Assembly (NCBI GenBank): GCA_029974635.1
Contig: JARKQY010000001.1
Span: forward strand, 61,433-93,432
Reading direction: 5' to 3'
Length of the DNA stretch: 32,000 nt
Source of the DNA: Bacillota bacterium
GTDB taxonomy: Bacteria > Bacillota > UBA4882 > UBA8346
The notes under the pieces were generated by a model, which did not search any database, was not told the DNA's origin, and worked only from the letters and a program-made list of their open reading frames with translations. Of the stretch, positions 17,826 to 25,728 are shown piece after piece; positions within the stretch are counted from its first letter, which is position 1, and each line of letters starts with the position of its first letter. The translations under genes and the position numbers were made by a program.

Positions 17826-18767
17826 ATGAAAAAACCGGTTCAAACACGGGTATACAGTTATCCGAAAAAGGTTGGTCTTTTTCGCAAACTTTTAATGGTA
17901 ATTTCAAATTGCAGTCCGGCCGTAAAGTGGGTTGGCAGCGTATTTGGATTATTGGGATTGATTTTTGCCTTGATTATTGGTGGAATCATACCAATAAAAC
18001 CCTCCAACGCCCATTTACCGGATTATGCGGCTATTGTCAGTCATCGTGCCAATTGGACTCAATATCAAAAAATAACTGAGGGTCTTGATACTCTAGACAA
18101 GGACTGGTTCCGTAATCATCGAAACTGGAAACCGCCAAATGATCAATTTGAACAGCAAATTGCCAGGGAGTCGTTGAGTTCCCAAACTTCCCAAATAAAG
18201 TCAATGTTTGTCGGGGAAGAAACTTTTCGCCGTATTGGGCTTGAGGAAGCGCTGAAATTATTCAATACCCAGCTTCATCAGGATATTGAGCAGCGAATTA
18301 GCATTAAATCGGGTGTTTTAAGAAAAAAGCTGGACGAGGACCTTGGTTTCAAGGGGCGGGAACATGAAAAGGCCATGGCTGATTATAATCAAGAACTGGT
18401 GAATGACTACCAGGTAACCTTGACCAATTTGCAATTGCAATTATTATTAACCGATTTATTCAATAATACCAAGGATCCGGTTGAGGAGAAGAAAAGGATT
18501 CAAAATCAAATTAATCATATTCATCAAGAAATGCATGAAAAGATTTCCATCCGGCAGCAACAATTAAACGCCGAATTGGAAGTCTATAAGAAGCAGCGGC
18601 AAAAGGAGACGGAGTCGGAGTTGGAAATGCTGCGCGGCCAATGGGAGGCTTACGCCGTGGAGGAGTTACGCAAATATGGTCAGACATTGGAGGAAGGTTT
18701 TCAGAATTGGCTGGAACAACGCCAACGGGAAACTCAGTCAGCTATTGATCAACGCATGAATTTTTGA
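17826..18767 (+). CDS. Membrane-anchored coiled-coil protein of unknown function (Gln/Glu-rich periplasmic domain)
   Basis: 313-aa ORF with one TM helix (WVGSVFGLLGLIFALIIGGII). The remainder is heptad-like and Q/E/K-rich (QLQLLLTDLF...QQQLNAELEVYKKQRQKETESELEML). No obvious SD, so the start is uncertain. Confidence 0.55.
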   Translation: MKKPVQTRVYSYPKKVGLFRKLLMVISNCSPAVKWVGSVFGLLGLIFALIIGGIIPIKPSNAHLPDYAAIVSHRANWTQYQKITEGLDTLDKDWFRNHRNWKPPNDQFEQQIARESLSSQTSQIKSMFVGEETFRRIGLEEALKLFNTQLHQDIEQRISIKSGVLRKKLDEDLGFKGREHEKAMADYNQELVNDYQVTLTNLQLQLLLTDLFNNTKDPVEEKKRIQNQINHIHQEMHEKISIRQQQLNAELEVYKKQRQKETESELEMLRGQWEAYAVEELRKYGQTLEEGFQNWLEQRQRETQSAIDQRMNF

Positions 18768-18802
18768 ATAATAATGCTGAATGAATCGAACGAATTACTA
18801 AA

Positions 18803-19240
18803 ATGGAGGAGATTTTATTGTTGAATGAGAAATTAAATAAATATTTAGTACCGGGAGCTATTCTGCTAGGATTCATCATATTAACAGCCGGATTGATTTG
18901 GGGATTGAGCGCATTTTCGTTTCAAATCGGCAGCGTGGATATTAACCGCTTGAAGTCCGACAATAAATATGTGAAACAATTAAATTCCGAAATACAAATC
19001 AAAAGCCAACAACTGCAGGAACAATTTAAGAACGCCAAAACCGAGTCCGACAAAAACCAGATTCAAATGGAGTATCAGCAATACACGGCTGAGATGGACC
19101 GCCAATTTACCCAAAAAGTACAAGAGGTTATCAAGGGAGTCGCCAAAAAGAAGGGCATTAAAGCGGTGGCCAATTCTCAATCAATCATGTACAGCTCCGT
19201 TGACTTAACGGAGGATGTAATCAAAGTGTTGGATAAATAA
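18803..19240 (+). CDS. Short Skp/OmpH-like protein, paralog 3 (uncleaved-anchor type)
   Basis: N-terminal hydrophobic segment, IGSVDINRLKSDNKYVKQL, a coiled-coil body, and C-terminal SIMYSSVDLTEDVIKVLDK, which is OmpH-like. The start may be TTG 18818 or 18821, both of which follow GGAGGAG. Confidence 0.65.
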   Translation: MEEILLLNEKLNKYLVPGAILLGFIILTAGLIWGLSAFSFQIGSVDINRLKSDNKYVKQLNSEIQIKSQQLQEQFKNAKTESDKNQIQMEYQQYTAEMDRQFTQKVQEVIKGVAKKKGIKAVANSQSIMYSSVDLTEDVIKVLDK

Positions 19241-19266
19241 GGACCATAAAAGGAGCTCTGATCAAA

Positions 19267-20295
19267 ATGCCATCTTTGCTGGAGTTAGCTCGCTTAGTAA
19301 ACGGTGAATTAGTTGGGGATGGTAATATTCAAATATACGGGGCTTCTGGAATTGATGATGCGGAAGCCGGGGAGATTACTTTTGCTGTTTCCAACCGGAT
19401 TTTAGAAGCGACAGGCCGCTCTAAAGCTACTGCCGTGCTAGTTCAACCAGATGCTCCCGAACTTGATAAAGCGGTTATTAAGGTTCGTAATCCCCGGCTG
19501 GCTTTCGCCCAGATATTGACTTTATTTGCTCCTAAAAAGGATTTTAAGCCGGGTATTCATCCATCAGCCCAAATTGGCCGGGAGTTTGAGGGGCAGGATA
19601 TTTCAGTTGGTCCGTTTGTTTATATTGGTGATCAAGTACGTATCGGAAAAGGCAGCATAATTTACCCGGGGGCAGTCATCGACGACCGGGTTGTTATTGG
19701 TGAAAACTCGATAATTCATGCCAATGTGGTCATCCGGGAAGACACTGTTATCGGAGATCGGGTTCAAATCCATGCTGGAACTGTGATCGGATCGGATGGA
19801 TTCGGTTATGAGACTATAGCCGGCGGCAAGCACTTTAAAGTTCCCCAAGTTGGAAAAGTCGTCATTGAAGACGATGTGGAGATTGGCTCCAATGTTTCGG
19901 TAGACCGGGCAACAACCGGAGTGACCTTGATTAAAAGGGGAACTAAGATTGATAATTTGGTTCAAATTGCCCATAATTGTCAAGTTGGCAATGATAATAT
20001 TTTATGTGGACAGGCGGCCATTGCGGGCAGCACCAAAACCGGCGACCGGGTTACTCTGGCGGGCAAAGCCGGTTTGGTCGGACATATTAAAATAGGTGAT
20101 GATTCGGTGGTTGCCGCCTGTGCGATGGTAATCAGCAGCTTGCCGCCTAATTCATTTGTTTCGGGTAGTCCTGCCCGGCCTCATGCGGAAGATATGCGGA
20201 TTCAGGCGGCCATGAATCGCCTGCCCGATCTGCTAAAAGAGATTAAAGAACTTCAAAAAAGAGTAGCGGAACTGGAAAAACGAATGCCTGATTAA
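19267..20295 (+). CDS. lpxD: UDP-3-O-acylglucosamine N-acyltransferase
   Basis: 342 aa with an LpxD-type N-terminal domain (LLELARLVNGELVGDGNIQIYG). Left-handed beta-helix hexapeptide repeats, DGFGYE...FKVPQVGKVVIEDDVEIGSNVSVDRAT...TKIDNLVQIAHNCQVG, and a C-terminal helix. Confidence 0.9.
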   Translation: MPSLLELARLVNGELVGDGNIQIYGASGIDDAEAGEITFAVSNRILEATGRSKATAVLVQPDAPELDKAVIKVRNPRLAFAQILTLFAPKKDFKPGIHPSAQIGREFEGQDISVGPFVYIGDQVRIGKGSIIYPGAVIDDRVVIGENSIIHANVVIREDTVIGDRVQIHAGTVIGSDGFGYETIAGGKHFKVPQVGKVVIEDDVEIGSNVSVDRATTGVTLIKRGTKIDNLVQIAHNCQVGNDNILCGQAAIAGSTKTGDRVTLAGKAGLVGHIKIGDDSVVAACAMVISSLPPNSFVSGSPARPHAEDMRIQAAMNRLPDLLKEIKELQKRVAELEKRMPD

Positions 20296-20362
20296 AAACC
20301 AGGGAGAAATCTCCTTGTCTAGAGTCCGCTTCATTAGCAGGATTATATTATAAACTGGGCGA

Positions 20363-20398
20363 AATAATTCCTGATATAATTCAGGAATTATTTTTTTT
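20363..20398 (+). terminator. Rho-independent terminator after lpxD
   Basis: 12-bp perfect stem aataattcctga / tcaggaattatt with a 6-nt loop, running into a T tract extending to 20398. Confidence 0.8.
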
Positions 20399-20488
20399 GT
20401 TGGATGAACCCGGTTTTTATTTTTCCGCTAACCCCGAAATTGGCCAGGATACTGCGAGTAACACTTTAGTTATAGACAGAGGTTAACC

Positions 20489-21568
20489 GTGCGAATTATT
20501 CACCGTTATATTTGGAAAGAGTTTTTACAACAATTTTTATTATGTTTTTTGGGTTTTACCGCTTTGGGTATCGGTAAAATCTTTTTTGAAAACAATGATT
20601 TGTTTATTGGATACAGGATGCCCATGCGTTTGATCTGGACGCTGTTGTTGGATAAGATACCTTCATTATGGATGGATGTTATTCCAGCGGCTGCTTTATT
20701 CGGAATCATTTTAGCCCTCGGCAGGTTGCTGCGTGAAAAAGAGTTTGATGTCATCCGGGTTAGCGGTGTGAGTCTAGTCAAAACCACTTTGCCTATTTTT
20801 ATCGGTGTCGCTATCATCTGTTTTGGTGCATATTGGTGGAATGATTTAGTGGTGTCTTCGGCAAATCACCGTTTTGAAATGGAGATTAAGCGGCTTTCCA
20901 ACCGGGAGAACTTACCACTATTGAAAGAAAATGTTGTTTTCAGGGGGCCGCAAAATCGTTATATTTATTTAAATAAAGTAGAAAACCGGTTAAAAAAGAT
21001 TAGCGGAATTTTAGTGATGGAGCTTGGAGTTTCCGGGAAATGGCCCCGGCTGATAACCGCTGAATATGGAAAAGTACAAAACGGGGTTTGGATCCTTTAT
21101 AATGGCATAATTCATGAAATGGATGAAAATGGTGTGATAAAAACCGAATTAAAATTTCCCAGAATGGAATTATTGATGACCATTGATTATACGGTAATGA
21201 TGGGGGATAAAAGCCCTTATGAGATGAGAGCGGGCGAATTGCTTCAAAAAATAAAAATAAATAAAGAGTATGGGTCTTTTAACCCGGTTTATTCCGTCTA
21301 TTACCATCAAAAATTTGCCGACCCGGTGATATCCTTGGTACTGGTCTTTTTGGCGATTCCCTTGACAATGTTGACCGGACGCAATTCAAGCTGGCTGGGA
21401 CTCGTCTGGTGCTTTTTAATCATAATGGGTTATTATGTGCTTCAGGTTGTGGGACGAACCATGGGTTGTAATGGAGTTATATCCCCCTTCGCTGCAGCCT
21501 GGGTTCCCCATATTCTAATTTTTTCCGTTGGCCTTTTTCTATTAGTGGCGACCGAACAACGGAGGTAA
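20489..21568 (+). CDS. LPS export ABC transporter permease, LptF/LptG (YjgP/YjgQ) family
   Basis: GTG start with AGAGG upstream. The N-terminus MRIIHRYIWKEFLQQFLLCFLGF is typical of the family. Three TM helices, a ~150-aa periplasmic insert, then three TM helices. It is the only such gene in the window. Confidence 0.85.
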   Translation: MRIIHRYIWKEFLQQFLLCFLGFTALGIGKIFFENNDLFIGYRMPMRLIWTLLLDKIPSLWMDVIPAAALFGIILALGRLLREKEFDVIRVSGVSLVKTTLPIFIGVAIICFGAYWWNDLVVSSANHRFEMEIKRLSNRENLPLLKENVVFRGPQNRYIYLNKVENRLKKISGILVMELGVSGKWPRLITAEYGKVQNGVWILYNGIIHEMDENGVIKTELKFPRMELLMTIDYTVMMGDKSPYEMRAGELLQKIKINKEYGSFNPVYSVYYHQKFADPVISLVLVFLAIPLTMLTGRNSSWLGLVWCFLIIMGYYVLQVVGRTMGCNGVISPFAAAWVPHILIFSVGLFLLVATEQRR

Positions 21569-21570
21569 GG

Positions 21571-23799
21571 ATGGAGAAACGTTTTACTGCGGGTATCATC
21601 ACAGTCCTGTTGATATTGCTGTTCTCTTCATCTGTTGCGGCGGATTCGGAAGCGGCAAAGATAACGGCCGACCAAATAACTTATGATTATCAGCATAAAA
21701 GGATGGAGGCTTCCGGAAATGTAAAGATCATTTACAAGGATATAAGCGTTGCAAGTGAAAAAGCCTTTATTGATCAGGAACAAAACATAATTCTAGCAAC
21801 TGAAAACGTTCATATCATTAAAAAAGATTCCCGATATACCGGTAACCGTTTTCTATATTATATGAATACTGAAGAGGGTTTATTGGCTCCGGTGGACTCC
21901 GAAATTCGTGATAAGCAAATCAACGGGCCAATCAAGTTCTCCTCCCGTGAATCCTACTTCATCGGCGAAGTTATTAAATCAAGAGGAGCTTCTTTTACCG
22001 GATGTGATCGCGATCATCCCCATTATCATTTTGTCGCCAAGCGGGTGGAGTATTATCCGGAAGACCGGGTGGTAATGCATAATGTATGGTATTGGGAGCA
22101 CAAAGTTCCCCTGATGTATCTGCCGGTTTTTTATATTTCTCTAAAAGAAGAACGGGATAATTTTGAGTTTTCCATGGGGCAAAATCAAATCGAAGGATTC
22201 TTTGTAAAAATAGGATATAACTATATTTTTAGTGATAATAATTACGGCAAAGTATCCACCCGGTTGACGGAAAAGGGGGGCAACGAGTTAGGTGTCAAGC
22301 ATTATTCAAAATTCAATGAACGCAGTAAGTTTTATCAAGATTATAGTTTGGTGGAGAACAGTAAATTAGGTAATCCTCATCTGGATTATAAGATTGGTTT
22401 CGGCTATGAAAATGAGGTCAATTCCAAATTTAGATTCTCCACCGCATTTGAGGACTGGAAACGTTCCTATATTTATCTTTCAGGAATTCGTTATGAAAAG
22501 CCGCACCAGGAACGGGCTTTTAATTTTCTGGCAACCGGTCAGTCTCCGTATCCGGGATTAAGCGTTAGGTATAGCGAAAATACCGGAACAGGCTATTATT
22601 TATATGATTTCAGCAGTAACTGGAGTTTAAGTCCCGATCCTTCGCTGGGTTTTAGTTTCAACGGCCGTTATGTCCTGGAAAATCTATTAAATATTCCTTG
22701 GAATACGCCTGTCGATATCAACAACATCCCGCAGCAAAGCGCCAATAACTTTAATTATTCCGGAACGTTAAGAAAAGATTGGGGATGGTCCAATCTTTCC
22801 ATTACTCATACCGATACGCAGGTATACAATGGAAATATCAGCAGCAATAATTTAAAACCGGATGCCGTTTATACGATTCCCAAGTGGCATTGGCCACTGC
22901 TGGGAGATGTCAAAGTAAGTGGGGGTTATTTATATTTAGAAAAATCCAATAATGGAGTAATTATCGACCATGGTGAGCGTTGGGCTCTTGACATACAAAA
23001 GATCCCGCTTAGTCTATGGCAGACATCACAATCATCCTTAAATTGGGAAAGCAAATTTGGCTACCGCGACTTTTTTAATACCAATACTGCGAATTATATC
23101 TATCATCAAAAAGAAACGGAGCTTTATGCCTTAACAACCAATCTGAACCTTTCCCACCAATTCACCAAGGTGTTTTCCACCAATTTAAAATTGGGATATA
23201 CTGAAGCGGAAGGTACGCCAAACTACTTTTTCGGCAGGACCGACGATAATATTCTGGACGGAGCATTCATTAGTAATGAATGGAGATGGCAGAGTTCGGC
23301 TTTTTATACTTTGGTAAGCACCGGCTATAATATTACCCGGGAGATTGCCAGCCCGCTCACGGTATCCTCCCGTTGGACGCCGGCCGCAGGGAGCGAAGTG
23401 AATTTTAACACTACTTATGACTGGTTAAAGGGATTAGGCTTAACAACCATCCAAGCCAATTATAATCCCAATCAAAATTGGCGGCTGGCATTGAGTGCGG
23501 GGTATGATTTTCAACTGGATAGCTGGAGTCAAAAACAATTTGAGGCGTTGATCCGGCAAAAGGTTTTTTCCAAGCTTGAAGCGGAAGTAATTGCCAAGTT
23601 TGATATGTTTCGGAACGCTTTTGTTGAGGCGAAAACCGGGTTGGTTTATGATTGGCATTGCCGTAAATTCAAGCTGAATTACGATTGGCTCCGGAGTCAG
23701 TATACGCTCACCCTTATCTTTAATGCCATTCCTGGTTCGCCACTGGAGTTTTCATCCGAGCACGGTTTCGAGGGGATGTTCAATGCGATTCAGTTTTAA
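21571..23799 (+). CDS. lptD: LPS-assembly outer membrane protein LptD (OstA N-domain plus large beta-barrel)
   Basis: Starts 2 nt after the permease stop and has a signal peptide. OstA-like ITADQITYDYQHKRMEASGNVKIIYKDISVASEKAFIDQEQN. FTGCDRDHPHYHFVAKRVEYYPEDRVVMHNVWYWEHKVPLMYLPVFY. Tyr/Asn-rich barrel region, C-terminal ...MFNAIQF. Confidence 0.85.
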   Translation: MEKRFTAGIITVLLILLFSSSVAADSEAAKITADQITYDYQHKRMEASGNVKIIYKDISVASEKAFIDQEQNIILATENVHIIKKDSRYTGNRFLYYMNTEEGLLAPVDSEIRDKQINGPIKFSSRESYFIGEVIKSRGASFTGCDRDHPHYHFVAKRVEYYPEDRVVMHNVWYWEHKVPLMYLPVFYISLKEERDNFEFSMGQNQIEGFFVKIGYNYIFSDNNYGKVSTRLTEKGGNELGVKHYSKFNERSKFYQDYSLVENSKLGNPHLDYKIGFGYENEVNSKFRFSTAFEDWKRSYIYLSGIRYEKPHQERAFNFLATGQSPYPGLSVRYSENTGTGYYLYDFSSNWSLSPDPSLGFSFNGRYVLENLLNIPWNTPVDINNIPQQSANNFNYSGTLRKDWGWSNLSITHTDTQVYNGNISSNNLKPDAVYTIPKWHWPLLGDVKVSGGYLYLEKSNNGVIIDHGERWALDIQKIPLSLWQTSQSSLNWESKFGYRDFFNTNTANYIYHQKETELYALTTNLNLSHQFTKVFSTNLKLGYTEAEGTPNYFFGRTDDNILDGAFISNEWRWQSSAFYTLVSTGYNITREIASPLTVSSRWTPAAGSEVNFNTTYDWLKGLGLTTIQANYNPNQNWRLALSAGYDFQLDSWSQKQFEALIRQKVFSKLEAEVIAKFDMFRNAFVEAKTGLVYDWHCRKFKLNYDWLRSQYTLTLIFNAIPGSPLEFSSEHGFEGMFNAIQF

Positions 23800-24436
23800 G
23801 ATGCTAACGGTACTTTTTATCATGAGTTTCGTTTTGCTGGGGTATTTTGGCGGATGGTGGGATACCCTTTGGGCTGAACTATGGACGCGTCCGGGAGCCT
23901 CAATTGTTGCACCGAAGCCCGATCCGCCCGCCATTGTAATTTCCCAGCCGCAATTAACCGGTTGGGATGATTTGAAGAAAACATGGCAAATTGAAGCTGA
24001 GCGGATATGGCAATCTTCTAAGGGGAATACGTTTCATTTTACGAAAATTTTGAACGGCGTAGTATTTTCCGCAAAGGATGAACGAATCGAGTTTAGCGCC
24101 GGGTGGGGTCGTTTGGAGAAGTCCAGTTCCGATTTATATATTGGCGGTGAGCTGGAAGCCATAATCGGCGAGGGCCGATTCAAAACTGCGGAAGCTTTTA
24201 TGAATTATAAACGGGAAGAACTGTTATGCCCGAACGATGTTATTTATATTGAAAATGAGATGGTCATTCAAGCCCAAAAAATGGAAATTCAGTATTCTAA
24301 AGATGAGATTCTTTTGGAAGGAGATGTACAACTTTTCGAGAAAAGAGATCTTATGACAGCCGACGGTCTCCTATATAATACTAAGGAAAAAAAATACTAT
24401 ATGATTCATCCTAAAGAGATTACGTTGTATCCATGA
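23783..24436 (+). CDS. lptC: LptC-like protein (N-terminal TM anchor plus OstA-like beta-jellyroll)
   Basis: The frame is open from 23723, but ATG 23783 follows GAGGGG and gives MRFSFKMLTVLFIMSFVLLGYF. It overlaps the lptD end by 17 nt. Its size, topology and position upstream of lptA fit LptC. Sequence similarity to LptC is weak by eye. Confidence 0.65.
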   Translation: MRFSFKMLTVLFIMSFVLLGYFGGWWDTLWAELWTRPGASIVAPKPDPPAIVISQPQLTGWDDLKKTWQIEAERIWQSSKGNTFHFTKILNGVVFSAKDERIEFSAGWGRLEKSSSDLYIGGELEAIIGEGRFKTAEAFMNYKREELLCPNDVIYIENEMVIQAQKMEIQYSKDEILLEGDVQLFEKRDLMTADGLLYNTKEKKYYMIHPKEITLYP

Positions 24437-25452
24437 AAAACTTTGGCTGTATTATATTCGTCGGCTTTTTATTCATCGCCGGATGGGTTTTTGCGGAGAG
24501 TGAACCCGTAAAGATAACCGCCCTGAAGGTATCCGGTGATACAGCAAAAAAAATAACATATATTGAAGGCAATGTTCGGATTGTTCAAGGCCAAACATTG
24601 ATTACCACTGAATATGTAACTATTAACCTGGATCAAAAAATTGCCCGGCTAGACCAAGGGGTTCTTATGCAAGACCCAGATATCCATATTAAATCGACCC
24701 GTTTGGAGTATAACCTCAAAGAAAAGACCGGAACCTTTCGGAAGCAGGTTGTTTTAAAACGGCTGGAAACAGAGAAAAATGATAAGGATCCTTTTGAGTT
24801 GTCCGCCGATGAGCTTTATTTCGAAACGGATTCCAGAAATTTTAAAGCACGGCGAAATTGCTATATCAAACATCAAGAGTTTGAAGGAAAAGCCGCCTAT
24901 ATCGAATATGATGATGCCGGACAAAAGCTTAGCTTTACCGGCAATGTGGTCATCGAACAAGATTCCACTATCATCCGTTCTAAAATGGTGGTTATTGACT
25001 TGCGTAAAAAAGAGCTGCAATTAGACACCGCAACCGACTTGGCCAGCAGGGAGATCAAAGTTAATGCGGACGCACTCACCTATGACTATCAAAAAAAAGC
25101 AGGGAGATTCAAACAAAAAGTTGTTTTGGAGCGTTCCCAAGTTAAGGATTCCAAAGGCAAGGTCAGCAAAGAGCCTTTTAAGTTAACAGCGGATGAACTA
25201 TATTTCGAAACGGACACCAATAACTTTATGGCGGAAGGCGGCCGGATTGACCATCAGGAGTTTGCCGGAACAGCAGCCAAGATTGGTTATAACGATGAAA
25301 AACAGCAGTTGAGTTTTGCCGGCGGCGCTGTGCTAAACCGGCCTCAAGGCGACGAGTTAAGAGGCGACTTGATTGAGATTAATTTGCAGGAGCAAAGCTT
25401 TATGGTTCATAAAAATGGAAATATTAGACTACAGGTTCAGGAGGATGAATAA
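24433..25452 (+). CDS. lptA: LptA/OstA-family periplasmic protein, double length with an internal duplication
   Basis: ATGA overlap with the lptC stop, and a signal peptide. OstA-like KITALKVSGDTAKKITYIEGNVRIVQGQTLITTEYVTINL. Two modules: KDPFELSADELYFETDSRNF...HQEFEGKAAYIEYDDAGQKLSFTGNV and KEPFKLTADELYFETDTNNF...HQEFAGTAAKIGYNDEKQQLSFAGGA. Confidence 0.8.
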   Translation: MKNFGCIIFVGFLFIAGWVFAESEPVKITALKVSGDTAKKITYIEGNVRIVQGQTLITTEYVTINLDQKIARLDQGVLMQDPDIHIKSTRLEYNLKEKTGTFRKQVVLKRLETEKNDKDPFELSADELYFETDSRNFKARRNCYIKHQEFEGKAAYIEYDDAGQKLSFTGNVVIEQDSTIIRSKMVVIDLRKKELQLDTATDLASREIKVNADALTYDYQKKAGRFKQKVVLERSQVKDSKGKVSKEPFKLTADELYFETDTNNFMAEGGRIDHQEFAGTAAKIGYNDEKQQLSFAGGAVLNRPQGDELRGDLIEINLQEQSFMVHKNGNIRLQVQEDE

Positions 25453-25728
25453 AGGGTTTTGGGTCCGGGTCAATCGTTCCGCGTTTCGAGTTCAAGTTTT
25501 GGGTTTGGAGTTTCGGGCTTATCGTTCAGCGTTCCGAGTTCAATGTTCCGGGTTCAAAGTCGTAACTTCCATGCCAATTGATGAACGATGAACACGAAAC
25601 GCGGAACGAAGCATCCCCGAAACACTTAAAAACATTGAACGTTAAACGCGGAACACGGAACGAGCATCCTCGAATCACAGAAGATAATGAACACAAAACA
25701 AACATCTTCGAAACTACAGGAGATAAAG
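25453..25728 (+). repeat. Structured intergenic repeat element, copy B (same element as 1037-1415, opposite genomic orientation)
   Basis: It starts directly after the lptA stop with AGGGTTTTGGGTCCGGG and contains the 79-bp core (25576-25654). A related motif copy continues to about 25766, inside the first codons of the next CDS. Confidence 0.85.

Noticed and set aside
1037-25728. A composite transposon or genomic island carrying the OM cluster, delimited by the inverted repeat elements
   Set aside because: No transposase, integrase, recombinase, tRNA attachment site or target-site duplication is visible. The repeats are more simply explained as members of an intergenic repeat family. The idea is kept only as an inversion hypothesis to be tested.
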